DNA from: Naegleria gruberi
Lineage: Eukaryota
Reading direction: 5' to 3' (one strand)
Assembly (NCBI GenBank): GCA_000004985.1
Contig: GG738901.1
DNA length: 64,000 nucleotides
In this document: positions 20,378 to 30,820 of the stretch, in pieces
Numbering within the stretch: position 1 is the stretch's first letter
How the letters are laid out: the number at the start of each line of letters is the position of its first letter
The notes under the pieces: model-generated
What the model was told of the DNA's origin: nothing
The model's database searches: none
What the model saw: only the letters and a program-made list of their open reading frames with translations
Program-made: the position numbers and the translations under genes

Positions 20378-23032
20378 ATGTTAGGTTATACTCCTCAGTA
20401 TTTAGCTCCTTCCACTTATGATGGAGGTAATAGTAGTAAAAAACGTAAATATCCCGACAAGCCATGGCATCACAAATTGAAGCCAAATACAAGAGTTGAA
20501 TTGGTAAATTATATTGTAGAAGTTACACAGGGAAATGCCCAAGTGATTCGGAAGAAGATTTTCGATTTGATCATTCAATCACAAGCTGTTGATGATTTTG
20601 CTAGAGATTTGGCTGAATATGCATGCAGTAGCAAAAGTAACCTTTCTATGGATACGATTAGAGACAGAGTGGAGGTCATGTTGGAACGTGATGTTAATGC
20701 ACTACCAACTCCAAATCTAGCACACCGCTTGAATCAAACTGTTAGGCCTTTATTCAATGATAGTAATGATATTGGGATGAGTGTGAGAGCTAACCAATTC
20801 AATAATGAATTGTTTGAAAAGTTGGTGGAAAGGAATAAGTTGTTCACTCATTCTTCTGTCAATAATACTGATGTAGATATTCCAGAATTAATGGAACAAT
20901 ACAAGTATTGTAACAAGCTGGCCAAGTTGTGGATCATGCAAGATTTGACTCGAAGGAGAGAGGAACTCTCAAAATCTAAACTGAATGCAATGCCTAATGA
21001 ACTGCATGATGATCAACTATTGCACAATTTACCATTTGATTTGATGTTTGAAATTGTTTCATACATTCCAGTAGACAACAAGTCAATTTGGTGGGCTCAA
21101 TTTCTCAAGTATAGAATTATTTCTAATTCCTTCAAGTTAAGATTGGAACAAGAAATTTTCACAAAATTTAGTAAGGAAGGCATTGACATTTCTCACTTTG
21201 ATGATAGCTTGTTAACATTGGAAGGTCTGACCTGTTTATTAGCAAGCCATTCTCAATATGAAAAACAAGGAAAACAGTTTAATGGTGACTTTATTCGATT
21301 ACATATTACTGAAAAACAAACAGAATTACAAAAATTAACTGCCCCAAAATTCAATGGAAACATTATTCCTCCAAATGAAGAAAGTAATTCAAATATTGTT
21401 GAGACTCAGATATTTGACGAAGAATACGTTGCTGAGGTATATTCTCAATCTGCTAACCAAGAAATTACTCCTCAAAGTCCTTTCCAGAGAAATTTTATCG
21501 CCAACAAAGAATCATTTGACAATACACCATTACCATTTATCAATGAACAATTTAATTCCTTTGAGTGTGAAGAATTTGAAAATCCTTACATTAAGTCCAT
21601 CACCATTTCCAGTTCAAGAGATTTTCACTTCATTATTCCTGGACTGGTCAATCTGGAAGAGCTGACCTTAATCGTTTCGACAGAGGATTTTATGTATTTG
21701 TTCTCCAAGATGTTTCAAACCATTTCACATCTCAAGCTAAAGAAGATTGTACTAGTTTATTATGGAGTTGTTCCAGCATCATTTACAAGACTTATTCTGG
21801 ATAAAGTTGAAATGCTTGATTATGGAGGAAGTTTCTATGTTTATTCAGCCATGGATACAACATTTATTAGCAATTTACGCATATCTTTGCCAAATGTAAA
21901 TATAATTTGTGAAGGTAGAGTGTTAAATAGAAGTAATGATTTTAGAGACTTGAAGGTTATACCTTGTAGAATTCAAAACTTTACTAACACCAAATTTATA
22001 TTGGATAATGGATGGTATAGACCTGTAGTACAACGAACCCGGTCATACGCACAAGGAGATGAAAAGTTTGCAACTATTTTTAATAATGATTGGTTTACAG
22101 TTAAGGAAAAGAAGGAGTTATTGAACTATTTTGTTGATAGATATTCCTTTAACTGGAAAGAAGAGCTCAAAACCAGCATCCATCAATCTCTCTTCCAATA
22201 CTATATTTACTTGTTAAATATTAATCAGAAACAATTTGAATACAATTCACCCACAAAATATGTAAATGAACCAAAGAACAAACCAAACCTTTTGGATTGT
22301 ATTGTGTGGGGTCTTGATGTTTCAAATTGCCCAGAACAAATCCTTAGATTATGTACTAACTTTGGTAAAATTGGCTTGAAATTAGTTATTGACAAGTTAG
22401 AAAAAGACCCTGATTATCTCACAATTGAACATATGCGAATTTTTTTTAAACAAGCTGCCCATAACAGTGATTATTTGCACTTGTTAGTTCAACTAATTCC
22501 CCACATTAACAATAGTGAGCATTTATTTGATGTTTATCAAAAGAATGGAGATAAGGTTAATATTCTGTTATCTGTCATTCCTAACAATCCCATTCTAGTT
22601 GAGCATATTATAGATAATTTTGTTACTAGTGCAAATCTTCAGAGTGAATTGCAACATGAGAAATCTCCCAAATCCCTTCTTCAAACTACAATTCAATCTC
22701 AACTCCCCAACTCTACAATTCTTAAAATTGCCCAGAAAAACCCTAAATTGCTCTATCAAAAATCAAAAAATGGTCGCATTCCACTCCACTATTGCTTTAC
22801 TCCTCACAGATATCAATTAATTAAGCCATTCCTTGAAATGGCTCCTGAAACATTTGAATATGAAGACGAAAATGGTTTCAAACCTTATCATTTCGTTCAA
22901 GAACATGAATTATCCGGTTATGGACGTATTTACGGTACGCCTGGTTTCAACTTTGAAGCATTTATTGATTTAGTCCTCCCAGATTTTGCCAAAGAGAGAT
23001 TGAGAGAGTATTTAGCTAATAATCAAGATTAA
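20378..23032 (+). CDS. Hypothetical protein, 884 aa, with an internal F-box-like motif and a C-terminal ankyrin-like segment
   Basis: Uninterrupted ORF from ATG 20378. The motif HNLPFDLMFEIVSYIP is F-box-like. No confident family assignment. Confidence 0.5.
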   Translation: MLGYTPQYLAPSTYDGGNSSKKRKYPDKPWHHKLKPNTRVELVNYIVEVTQGNAQVIRKKIFDLIIQSQAVDDFARDLAEYACSSKSNLSMDTIRDRVEVMLERDVNALPTPNLAHRLNQTVRPLFNDSNDIGMSVRANQFNNELFEKLVERNKLFTHSSVNNTDVDIPELMEQYKYCNKLAKLWIMQDLTRRREELSKSKLNAMPNELHDDQLLHNLPFDLMFEIVSYIPVDNKSIWWAQFLKYRIISNSFKLRLEQEIFTKFSKEGIDISHFDDSLLTLEGLTCLLASHSQYEKQGKQFNGDFIRLHITEKQTELQKLTAPKFNGNIIPPNEESNSNIVETQIFDEEYVAEVYSQSANQEITPQSPFQRNFIANKESFDNTPLPFINEQFNSFECEEFENPYIKSITISSSRDFHFIIPGLVNLEELTLIVSTEDFMYLFSKMFQTISHLKLKKIVLVYYGVVPASFTRLILDKVEMLDYGGSFYVYSAMDTTFISNLRISLPNVNIICEGRVLNRSNDFRDLKVIPCRIQNFTNTKFILDNGWYRPVVQRTRSYAQGDEKFATIFNNDWFTVKEKKELLNYFVDRYSFNWKEELKTSIHQSLFQYYIYLLNINQKQFEYNSPTKYVNEPKNKPNLLDCIVWGLDVSNCPEQILRLCTNFGKIGLKLVIDKLEKDPDYLTIEHMRIFFKQAAHNSDYLHLLVQLIPHINNSEHLFDVYQKNGDKVNILLSVIPNNPILVEHIIDNFVTSANLQSELQHEKSPKSLLQTTIQSQLPNSTILKIAQKNPKLLYQKSKNGRIPLHYCFTPHRYQLIKPFLEMAPETFEYEDENGFKPYHFVQEHELSGYGRIYGTPGFNFEAFIDLVLPDFAKERLREYLANNQD

Positions 23033-23080
23033 TTAATGAATTTTTCCAAGATATTAAGGCTTTCGTCACGCTTATTGTGC

Positions 23081-23154
23081 GCCTTCCTAGCTCAGTTGGC
23101 AGTAGCGCTGTCCTAGTAAGACAGAGGTCTTGGGTTCGATTCCCAAGGGAGGCA
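23081..23154 (+). tRNA. tRNA-Thr (anticodon AGU), copy 1
   Basis: Cloverleaf: acceptor GCCTTCC/GGGAGGC, anticodon stem CTGTC/GACAG with loop CTAGTAA, T-arm TTGGG-TTCGATT-CCCAA. It is followed immediately by a TTTT Pol III terminator. Confidence 0.85.
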
Positions 23155-23439
23155 TTTTGCCTTAATTCTAACACATTTGCTTTGGATAGATAAGCACAAT
23201 TTTGCAAATACAACAGTGCCTGGTAGAACCAATTTGAGTGGATGTAATTAGCAGGAAGATAGGTAAAATCAAAAAAGTAATGCTTTCCTCAGTAATTTCA
23301 TTTTTTTGCCAAATCTGATTTGGCGAATTGAAATGGACTAAAATCTTGTTGTAACAGTAAACCATGTAGGAAAGCATTGCTTTATTAGATTTTATTTATC
23401 TTTTTAGAAAATTAAGTGACACTCCAACCAAACAAAAAA

Positions 23440-26400
23440 ATGAGTGCAAACAACACCTCTTATCAAGATTTTAATAATTACATCAAGAGATCGTTTGACG
23501 AACAAGGCAATTTAACAATCTCAAACAAAACTGGTGAATCCAAGTTCAACAAATGGCGATTAGAGACTAAACACATGTCTGTTGAAACACCTGGCTTTCA
23601 CTTCTCAGACATTCTTTGGATGGCTTTTAAACCAAGAACAAAGGATAATTGTCCTGTTGAACATTCTTTGGATGTGTTGCATGTTAAACAAGAAGGTTCC
23701 TTGTTAATGGTTTCATACTTTTCTGAAGCCAAACCTCTTGCTGCCGCTATTCTTACCTCTACTTCTTTTGAATCTTATTCTGACCGACATGAATTCAAAT
23801 TCAAAGCTGAAGACTGCTGTAATGACCAGATTGGTGGGATGTCCAATCTTCTCGTTCAATTCTGTAAAGAATATCTTCGTAGTTCTTATCAAACAAACCT
23901 AACATTTCAAGAACTGTGCAGAAAATATGTTCATAAAAGGGATGCATTTGGTTTTTCTCTGTTGCACCACTTTATCTTTAATGGATTTACTGCAGAGATT
24001 ATCTATTTAGAAAGTATCATGGGATCATCTATTTTTCCGATGTTTTTGGAAATCGAACAAAAGAAACTGGTAAATAGCTCGAAAGAAGTTCTCTATTCAA
24101 CAAGCAAGAACTACTTTTTGAAGGAAAAGTGCAGAGAAATGCTAACAGAGTACTGCCAAGTTTTGAAAGGTAAGGCAGGTTTTGAAGATTTTGTTGCTCT
24201 TGAATTGGAAAGATTATCTGAAATCAGACTGTTGGGGGTTGCTACCGGAAACACAGAGTTCAAAACCAGGTTGTTGTATCTTTATAACTTTTTAACCATT
24301 TCAGGAAAGCTCATTTCTACAAAGAATCCAACCCTTGGCTTGGCCAGTAATCAAAAGATTAGGGAAAGAATATTCAATGTTGACCAAAACAAGTATATTG
24401 GAACCAAAAATGTTGAAGAGATCACCAGGTTCGAGATTATCATTGGATGTTTCTTATTATTCAATTATGGTCACTTGGGAGATGAGAGAGTTGTAGAAAG
24501 AAATATTCTTTACAACTTATGGAGGTCTTGCATTGAATTAGATGCAAAAAGAACTCCAAGGGAAGAAATCAAAACCTCAAAAGATGCCACATGTAATCCC
24601 ACGGAAGAACCAAGAACATCAAAACATTCAAAACAACCCTCAGATCAAATGGAATTTAGCCATAGCAAACCACTTGTTGAAACTCCAAAAAAAAAGCAAA
24701 AGAAAACCTCAGAGTCACCCAACACAACCCCAAAACTCACACCTCCTCCCTTGTTAATATCTACTCCAAACATTTCTTCTGTATCAACCAATATATTGGA
24801 GCCAACAACTCCTACCTTAAAAGACTACATACACTTGAAACAGCAAATGAATCTTTCAGACAAGTGCATTACGTTTTTAAAGCATTTCCCTGAAAAGTGC
24901 AGAGAGAGAGCAGAAGATTACATACGAAGCTCTGATTGGAATCATTTTCACAGAGCTTTAGCAATTTGGAGGCTAGTTAATAAGATGACTGGTGCACTTA
25001 AATTTGAGTTTGATTTCAAGACAATAGAAGGCACTCTACTTTTTATTGGGGAATATTTCTTTGAGTGTCTTTCAAAATCTACCAATTCATTACTTAAATC
25101 ATTTTTCATTGTGAGACAGCTAGCTTATTTACTAAGTGATAATCCAGAAAATAGTTTATTTATTTTGAATGCAGAAAAATTATCAGACATTTTCAAAGAT
25201 GAAAATATAATATCAAAACTTTATACAAGATCAGACCTTAGAGGAAGAACTTTACAGTTTGAAAATGAGTATTATCTCAACACTTCCTTAATGAACGAAA
25301 AATATGCATCCAAAATGCTTTTCCATTTGAAATCTAACAAGAAAGTATGTGAATTGAGTGAAGAATTGTTTAACAAAAAGACATCAGAAACACATGAAAC
25401 TAAAGAGAAGTATTTTGCCACTGTTGTCTATCCTGTGATCAATGGAGGAGATTTTGCTTTATATAGACAATTAAACTATCAATTTAGAGAGGAGTATGAA
25501 TTCTTAGTTCAGAAATGGGTTGGCGGACAATACCCAGATTTTTCATTGGTCTTCTTTTTCTTGAAGAAAAGTTTCTCGTTGCAACACTTGTTCAAAATTT
25601 TAGGGAACTCTTGTGCAATGTGGAAAAACAATCATAGCTCTTGTTTTTCTAAAATTTTAGAGTTGAGTCGTTCTTATAATATTATAACCAATAATTTGAA
25701 AAACATTGGAAATTTAATTTTGAAGGAATTTTTCGGTGGATCATATGTATTTGAAATAGATTGCAGCAATAACTTGGAAATAATGTGGACCCTTGCTTAT
25801 GGTAATGCAGAGTCAGTGGAAAATTTGACTCAATATTCTCAATTGTTTGGACAAAAAGATGAAATATTTGAATCTTTATCTTTGTGTCAGTCATATTTCT
25901 ATGATGTTGTTTCAACAGGTTACTCACCTGAAAATGATGAATCTGTTTTCATGTTTCTGTGGGGGAATTTGCTTGTCAAACAAAAGAAAAGTCATGAAGT
26001 GCAACAGTTCGATGTTTGCTGGGTGAAAATGGATAAACTGAAAGTCTCTTTGTATTTAGGTGAGGCAAAGAACAATACATCAGAGAATGCTCAAAACGTT
26101 TTTGATGGGAAGGTGGACGAATTGAGATTGCCATGTCCTAGATATCAAATGCAGGAGAAAAATTTAACAGTAGGTGTATGGGAGAAATCTTACAGGGACT
26201 TGAAAATTTACAAAATCACCAATTTTACGGTGGAAAAAGAAACAGGAGAATCGGTTAACACTCTTTCTGTATTCTTTGTATCTGACAGCAAAAAGGATAC
26301 ATTAGATTTTGTAACAAACACTTTCAAATTAACATTGGAAGAAAAAGAATTGGATGTCGATTCACCAATTCTTGAAAAGAAAGATCTCTCTTTGTGTGAC

Positions 26401-26580
26401 ATAAGTACTGTCAACTCTGTCAGATTTAAGAATGGGAATGGAAAGTTTATAATTGCTAGCTCTCTTTTAAAATCACCAAGGACCACCAAAGAAGATGGTA
26501 TTCCAGATAGAGTTGTTGTAAAAGAAGATGGTCGGTTGTTGTTTGTTATGGACCTTAACTACCAAAAAGAAAAAAAATAA
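23440..26580 (+). CDS. Hypothetical protein, about 1046 aa
   Basis: Long uninterrupted ORF. ATG 23440 sits in aaaaaaATGagt context. It has an internal S/T/P/K-rich linker; the rest is globular. No recognised domain. Confidence 0.5.
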   Translation: MSANNTSYQDFNNYIKRSFDEQGNLTISNKTGESKFNKWRLETKHMSVETPGFHFSDILWMAFKPRTKDNCPVEHSLDVLHVKQEGSLLMVSYFSEAKPLAAAILTSTSFESYSDRHEFKFKAEDCCNDQIGGMSNLLVQFCKEYLRSSYQTNLTFQELCRKYVHKRDAFGFSLLHHFIFNGFTAEIIYLESIMGSSIFPMFLEIEQKKLVNSSKEVLYSTSKNYFLKEKCREMLTEYCQVLKGKAGFEDFVALELERLSEIRLLGVATGNTEFKTRLLYLYNFLTISGKLISTKNPTLGLASNQKIRERIFNVDQNKYIGTKNVEEITRFEIIIGCFLLFNYGHLGDERVVERNILYNLWRSCIELDAKRTPREEIKTSKDATCNPTEEPRTSKHSKQPSDQMEFSHSKPLVETPKKKQKKTSESPNTTPKLTPPPLLISTPNISSVSTNILEPTTPTLKDYIHLKQQMNLSDKCITFLKHFPEKCRERAEDYIRSSDWNHFHRALAIWRLVNKMTGALKFEFDFKTIEGTLLFIGEYFFECLSKSTNSLLKSFFIVRQLAYLLSDNPENSLFILNAEKLSDIFKDENIISKLYTRSDLRGRTLQFENEYYLNTSLMNEKYASKMLFHLKSNKKVCELSEELFNKKTSETHETKEKYFATVVYPVINGGDFALYRQLNYQFREEYEFLVQKWVGGQYPDFSLVFFFLKKSFSLQHLFKILGNSCAMWKNNHSSCFSKILELSRSYNIITNNLKNIGNLILKEFFGGSYVFEIDCSNNLEIMWTLAYGNAESVENLTQYSQLFGQKDEIFESLSLCQSYFYDVVSTGYSPENDESVFMFLWGNLLVKQKKSHEVQQFDVCWVKMDKLKVSLYLGEAKNNTSENAQNVFDGKVDELRLPCPRYQMQEKNLTVGVWEKSYRDLKIYKITNFTVEKETGESVNTLSVFFVSDSKKDTLDFVTNTFKLTLEEKELDVDSPILEKKDLSLCDISTVNSVRFKNGNGKFIIASSLLKSPRTTKEDGIPDRVVVKEDGRLLFVMDLNYQKEKK

Positions 26581-27671
26581 CTTAACTTTATTAGTTGGTA
26601 GAAAATTTAAGCAAAGAGAGTATAATTTCCTGACTCTTGTATTTATTAAATACAGTATTACCTTGAAGTATTGTTAATACTTTAATACGGAGAAAATCTC
26701 CTTAAAATGAGATTTTCTCCTAAGGTCCAAATAAGGGTAGGATTCACACAACCTTAAACGAAAAGACATCATCTACTAAGTTTATTATTTAAACAATGAA
26801 TGGTGGAATATGAGCAATTAATATAGTTTGAAATAAACACACCAAGAATAAAACAAATTGAAAATTTATTGAAATCAAGGTGGAAAATCAACTCGATGAA
26901 TACTAAGTGGAAAAATTCAAACTCTCTTGATGGTGATGTTAGACATTCCCTACTAATGATACTATGTTGTTGAAATAACTCCAAATATCCAAAAACTATT
27001 GTTCGGAGTGTTGTTGATGATATATTTGAATAGTACTATTCGAAGAAAGTTTGGAAGATGATAAAGTACATGTTGAGTTGTGGCATATGTATAATTTCAA
27101 ATATACACGAAGCAAACTTGATGAAATGAGAAGATGAATTCCTTCTATTGATATTAAATTACTAGTAATATAATAGAGAAGGGCAGAGGATATTTCATTC
27201 CGTGATTGATGGCTTAACATTTTTTCTATTGTAATTTTATCCATTTGGAATTTGTTTAGATCATAATGAGGACATTATCATTTCAGAGCATCATGCAGGA
27301 ACGAGAGCCAATATTCACTTGCTTCAAAAGGCAGGTGAGTGTTCGTTACAAAGAAGAGTTTGTATGCTTCCTTCCCAACCTATCTCATGTTCGAGCGAGT
27401 GCAGAGATATATTTTCATTAGTGAGGAAGGAGATTCAATGATTAATATTATTGATTATGAGGGAAATAGTGTGAAACGAGTTAAAACATTTAAGGATTGC
27501 AATTCCTGATGGAATGTGTATTAATGATAAAACTGGAGAACTTTATCTTGTGAAAATAATCAACTATTGATTTTTAAATAAAAAAATGAGTAAAAACCAC
27601 ACAAAAGGTTTGTTGATGATTTTTTTGTGAAATTTCTAATAGGTTGATGATCAGAAATATTCTCGGATGAT

Positions 27672-28676
27672 ATGTGCCAAGAGATCTTGGCATTTGTTGA
27701 TGATTGGAAATTTATACTGACAAGTTGTTGTCTAGTTTCTAAACAATGGCTCGAAATTGTAAAAAAATATTCTAATCTACGGATTAGTATTAGAAAATTG
27801 GATGATGAAAGAATTCACACAATGACCAAAAGCTCTTTCATCAAATTATTTCGGGAATTGGAGTTATTTGAAGGAATTGATAATGAAATATCAAGTGATT
27901 TTTTAAAAGAATTCAAGTATTTGCGTGAGCTCACAATTATTCGAAACATGGCAAAGCATGAATCTATTCTTGATGGTGTGGGAAGAGCTAAATCAATCAG
28001 TGACTTAAAAAACCTGACTACTCTTGATATTGGATATAGTAGAATTGGTAATGAAGGTTTAGAGTCAATTGGTCAACTGGAAAATTTAACACGTCTTAAC
28101 ATTCGCTCTAATAATATAGGATTAGTCGAGCCAATAATTAATTTGAAAACATTAACAGCCCTCGATATTGGTGAAAATAGTATTGGAAACGAGGGAGTCA
28201 AATCAATAAGCAAATTGACTGAATTGACCAGTCTTTTTATTGATTACGATGATATAAATGAAGAGGGAGCGAAATATCTTTGTGAATTACCAAATTTAAC
28301 TATTTTAGATTTGACAGGAAGTAATATTGGCGATGAAGGTGCCAAGTTTATTGGTCAATCTACAAAATTGAAACATCTCTTCCTATCATTAGCAGATATT
28401 TCTAATGTAGGAGTAAATTATTTGAGTTCCTTGAATGAATTGGTTGATCTTATTCTTTCCCTTAATGATATTGGTGATGAGGGATTAAAGCACCTTAGTT
28501 CATTGAAGATGCTTAATTATCTCAATGTTTCAGGAAATCAAATCACTGATGAAGGAGTTGTATTTATAAGAGAGATGGAAAATTTGAAAAGAATTTCAAT
28601 AACGAATAATTTGTTGACAGCTGTAGGAGAAAATTTAATTCAAGAAATGTCAATTACTACTGATTTAGACTTATGA
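27672..28676 (+). CDS. F-box / leucine-rich-repeat protein (RNI-like LRRs)
   Basis: The N-terminal MCQEILAFVDDWKFILTSCCLVSKQWLEIV is an F-box. It is followed by about 10 repeats of the form L..L..L.I..N.IG.EG...I. Confidence 0.7.
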   Translation: MCQEILAFVDDWKFILTSCCLVSKQWLEIVKKYSNLRISIRKLDDERIHTMTKSSFIKLFRELELFEGIDNEISSDFLKEFKYLRELTIIRNMAKHESILDGVGRAKSISDLKNLTTLDIGYSRIGNEGLESIGQLENLTRLNIRSNNIGLVEPIINLKTLTALDIGENSIGNEGVKSISKLTELTSLFIDYDDINEEGAKYLCELPNLTILDLTGSNIGDEGAKFIGQSTKLKHLFLSLADISNVGVNYLSSLNELVDLILSLNDIGDEGLKHLSSLKMLNYLNVSGNQITDEGVVFIREMENLKRISITNNLLTAVGENLIQEMSITTDLDL

Positions 28677-28806
28677 TTATCATTTTGTATATAAGGAATT
28701 TAACAGCTGAAGGTTATATATATAGGATTCTATATATTAGATTTTGTTTTTTGCCAGTTTTTATCTGATTTCCAAGATATTAAGGCTTTCTAAACGCTTA
28801 TTGTGC

Positions 28807-28880
28807 GCCTTCCTAGCTCAGTTGGCAGTAGCGCTGTCCTAGTAAGACAGAGGTCTTGGGTTCGATTCCCAAGGGAGGCA
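28807..28880 (+). tRNA. tRNA-Thr (anticodon AGU), copy 2, identical to copy 1
   Basis: 74 nt, 100% identical to 23081-23154. About 35 bp of upstream flank and 13 bp of downstream flank are conserved, including the TTTT terminator. Confidence 0.85.
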
Positions 28881-29046
28881 TTTTGCCTTAATTTCTTAAC
28901 AATTCCTTAAAAGACATGTAAATGTTGAAGGCTTTTAATGCTCTTTAAAATTGAAAGCCTTGAAGGAAATATTTGAGAGGAACTCCATAAATGGAAGATC
29001 GATTATTTTCGTAATTTTGCAAAAATGGAAATACTTTAAAAATTTA

Positions 29047-30711
29047 ATGTCTAAAAAAATGAAATTATTCAACATCTTTCTAATTATCTGTATCGCCTGC
29101 TATCTGTTCTTACCAGTATTCTGTCTATCCACACAAGTTACTTCCAATGGCGTTACATATTTAGGATTTCAAAATGGAAACGTTTCTTCCTTTATTGGAA
29201 TTCGTTATGGACAAGAAACCTCTGGCAATAATAGATTCAAGATTACTGTACCCTTCCTCTATGATCAATCCTCTGTGGTCAATGCAACTTCATTTGGCCA
29301 CGTTTGTCCACAACCAACCACTGCCACAACTTTACTTTCGGCCATGAGTGAAGATTGTCTTAATCTGAATATTTGGACACCAATGTTGAATGAAAGTGTG
29401 CAAGTTATGGTTTGGATTCATGGTGGTTCATTCACAAGTGGTTCAGGTTCTATCTATGATGGTTCGTATTGGTGTTCGAAAGCAGCCGAAATGGGAATTC
29501 CAGTAGTTCTTGTAACTATTAATTATAGATTGGGATCTTTGGGTTTCTTATCTGATAAGACAAGTGGTGTGAATGGAAACTTTGGTTTATACGATCAATT
29601 AGAAGCTATCAGATGGGTCAAAGTAAATATTCGAAACTTTGGTGGAAACCCTGACAAGATTACCGTAGCAGGAGAATCAGCAGGTGGCATGTCCATAGCA
29701 TGTCTACTCTCCACCTCCATTTTCTCTTCAGAAAACCTCTTCCAACAATCAATCATTCAAAGTGGAATTCTTCCAAGCTCAGTTTTACAAAATACTTTGG
29801 ACGGAGCTCAAGCATTTACAAATATTTTGAAATCAAGAGTTTCCTGTTTCACACTAGCTTGTTTGAGACAATTACCATTTGCAGATTTCATTACAGCTCA
29901 GAGAAATATGACCTTTGTTCCAGTAGTTGATGGTCAACTTTTATCCGAAACTATTTATCAAAATTTAGACAAGGTCAATAATCCAATCTCCAATATTTCC
30001 ATGATGGTTGGAACGACCAGGAATGAAACCACTGCATTCACCTGTGATAGAGGATCTAATCTCAATATCTATCAATTATATGTCCTCTTCAGAACTCTCT
30101 TCAATATGGAACCTCTCTCATCAATTTTCGAGTTGTTGGCACAAGTGTCCATTCTCTATGGTGGACAGGGGACTTATTCGAGTATTTTGCAATTCTTTAA
30201 TGTGTTTATGACGGATGCATTGTTTTATTGTCCAGCTCGATATTATTCATCGGTGGTTTCAGAGATGCAGAAGAATGTTTCGTCTAAAAGTAGAGTGGAA
30301 AGGAATGTTTATCAGTATGTATTTTCGTATGTCCAACCGAAATTGGGTCCTTGTTATGGAGCTCCACATGCTTCTGAATTGCCTTATTTGTTTCCATCAA
30401 TTTTGGACGAAATTAAGAATAATCCAGATTTGAGTGGAATGTTTTCTGATTCTCAAAATTTAGAATTTTCAGATAAGGATCGAAAAATATCTGATTCAAT
30501 GATTTATTATTGGACTAATTTTATCAAATATGGAAAACCAGATGGAGAAAATCCAAAAGAAGAATTCCCAAATTGGATTTCGTTTAATAGATGTGAAGAG
30601 AAGTTATTGTATATTGACATCCCTCTCAAGATGGAACAAGCAATGAAAGAAACAATTTGTAACTTTTGGGACGATCAATTTGGAAGAAAGAAAATTGAGA
30701 AACATTGTTGA
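29047..30711 (+). CDS. Carboxylesterase type B (cholinesterase-like alpha/beta hydrolase), secreted
   Basis: Signal peptide MKLFNIFLIICIACYLFLPVFC. Oxyanion motif VWIHGGSF, nucleophile elbow GESAGG, and the family-conserved Cys pairs are present. The start is ATG 29047 or 29059. Confidence 0.8.
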   Translation: MSKKMKLFNIFLIICIACYLFLPVFCLSTQVTSNGVTYLGFQNGNVSSFIGIRYGQETSGNNRFKITVPFLYDQSSVVNATSFGHVCPQPTTATTLLSAMSEDCLNLNIWTPMLNESVQVMVWIHGGSFTSGSGSIYDGSYWCSKAAEMGIPVVLVTINYRLGSLGFLSDKTSGVNGNFGLYDQLEAIRWVKVNIRNFGGNPDKITVAGESAGGMSIACLLSTSIFSSENLFQQSIIQSGILPSSVLQNTLDGAQAFTNILKSRVSCFTLACLRQLPFADFITAQRNMTFVPVVDGQLLSETIYQNLDKVNNPISNISMMVGTTRNETTAFTCDRGSNLNIYQLYVLFRTLFNMEPLSSIFELLAQVSILYGGQGTYSSILQFFNVFMTDALFYCPARYYSSVVSEMQKNVSSKSRVERNVYQYVFSYVQPKLGPCYGAPHASELPYLFPSILDEIKNNPDLSGMFSDSQNLEFSDKDRKISDSMIYYWTNFIKYGKPDGENPKEEFPNWISFNRCEEKLLYIDIPLKMEQAMKETICNFWDDQFGRKKIEKHC

Positions 30712-30820
30712 GAATAAATATTCGAAATCATTCGAATCTTGTATTAAATCCCAACAATTCATTTTTTTAAATTATTAGAAACTAAAAGAATCTCACAAAC
30801 AATTTATTATCATTTCCTAA

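Noticed and set aside
27245-27671. Candidate extra 5' exons for the F-box/LRR gene (MRTLSFQSIMQEREPIFTCFKRQ + GTGAGT; MSKNHTK + GTTTGT).
   Set aside because: The joins produce in-frame stops. The F-box already begins at the ATG at 27672, so the upstream segments are probably 5' UTR or uORFs.
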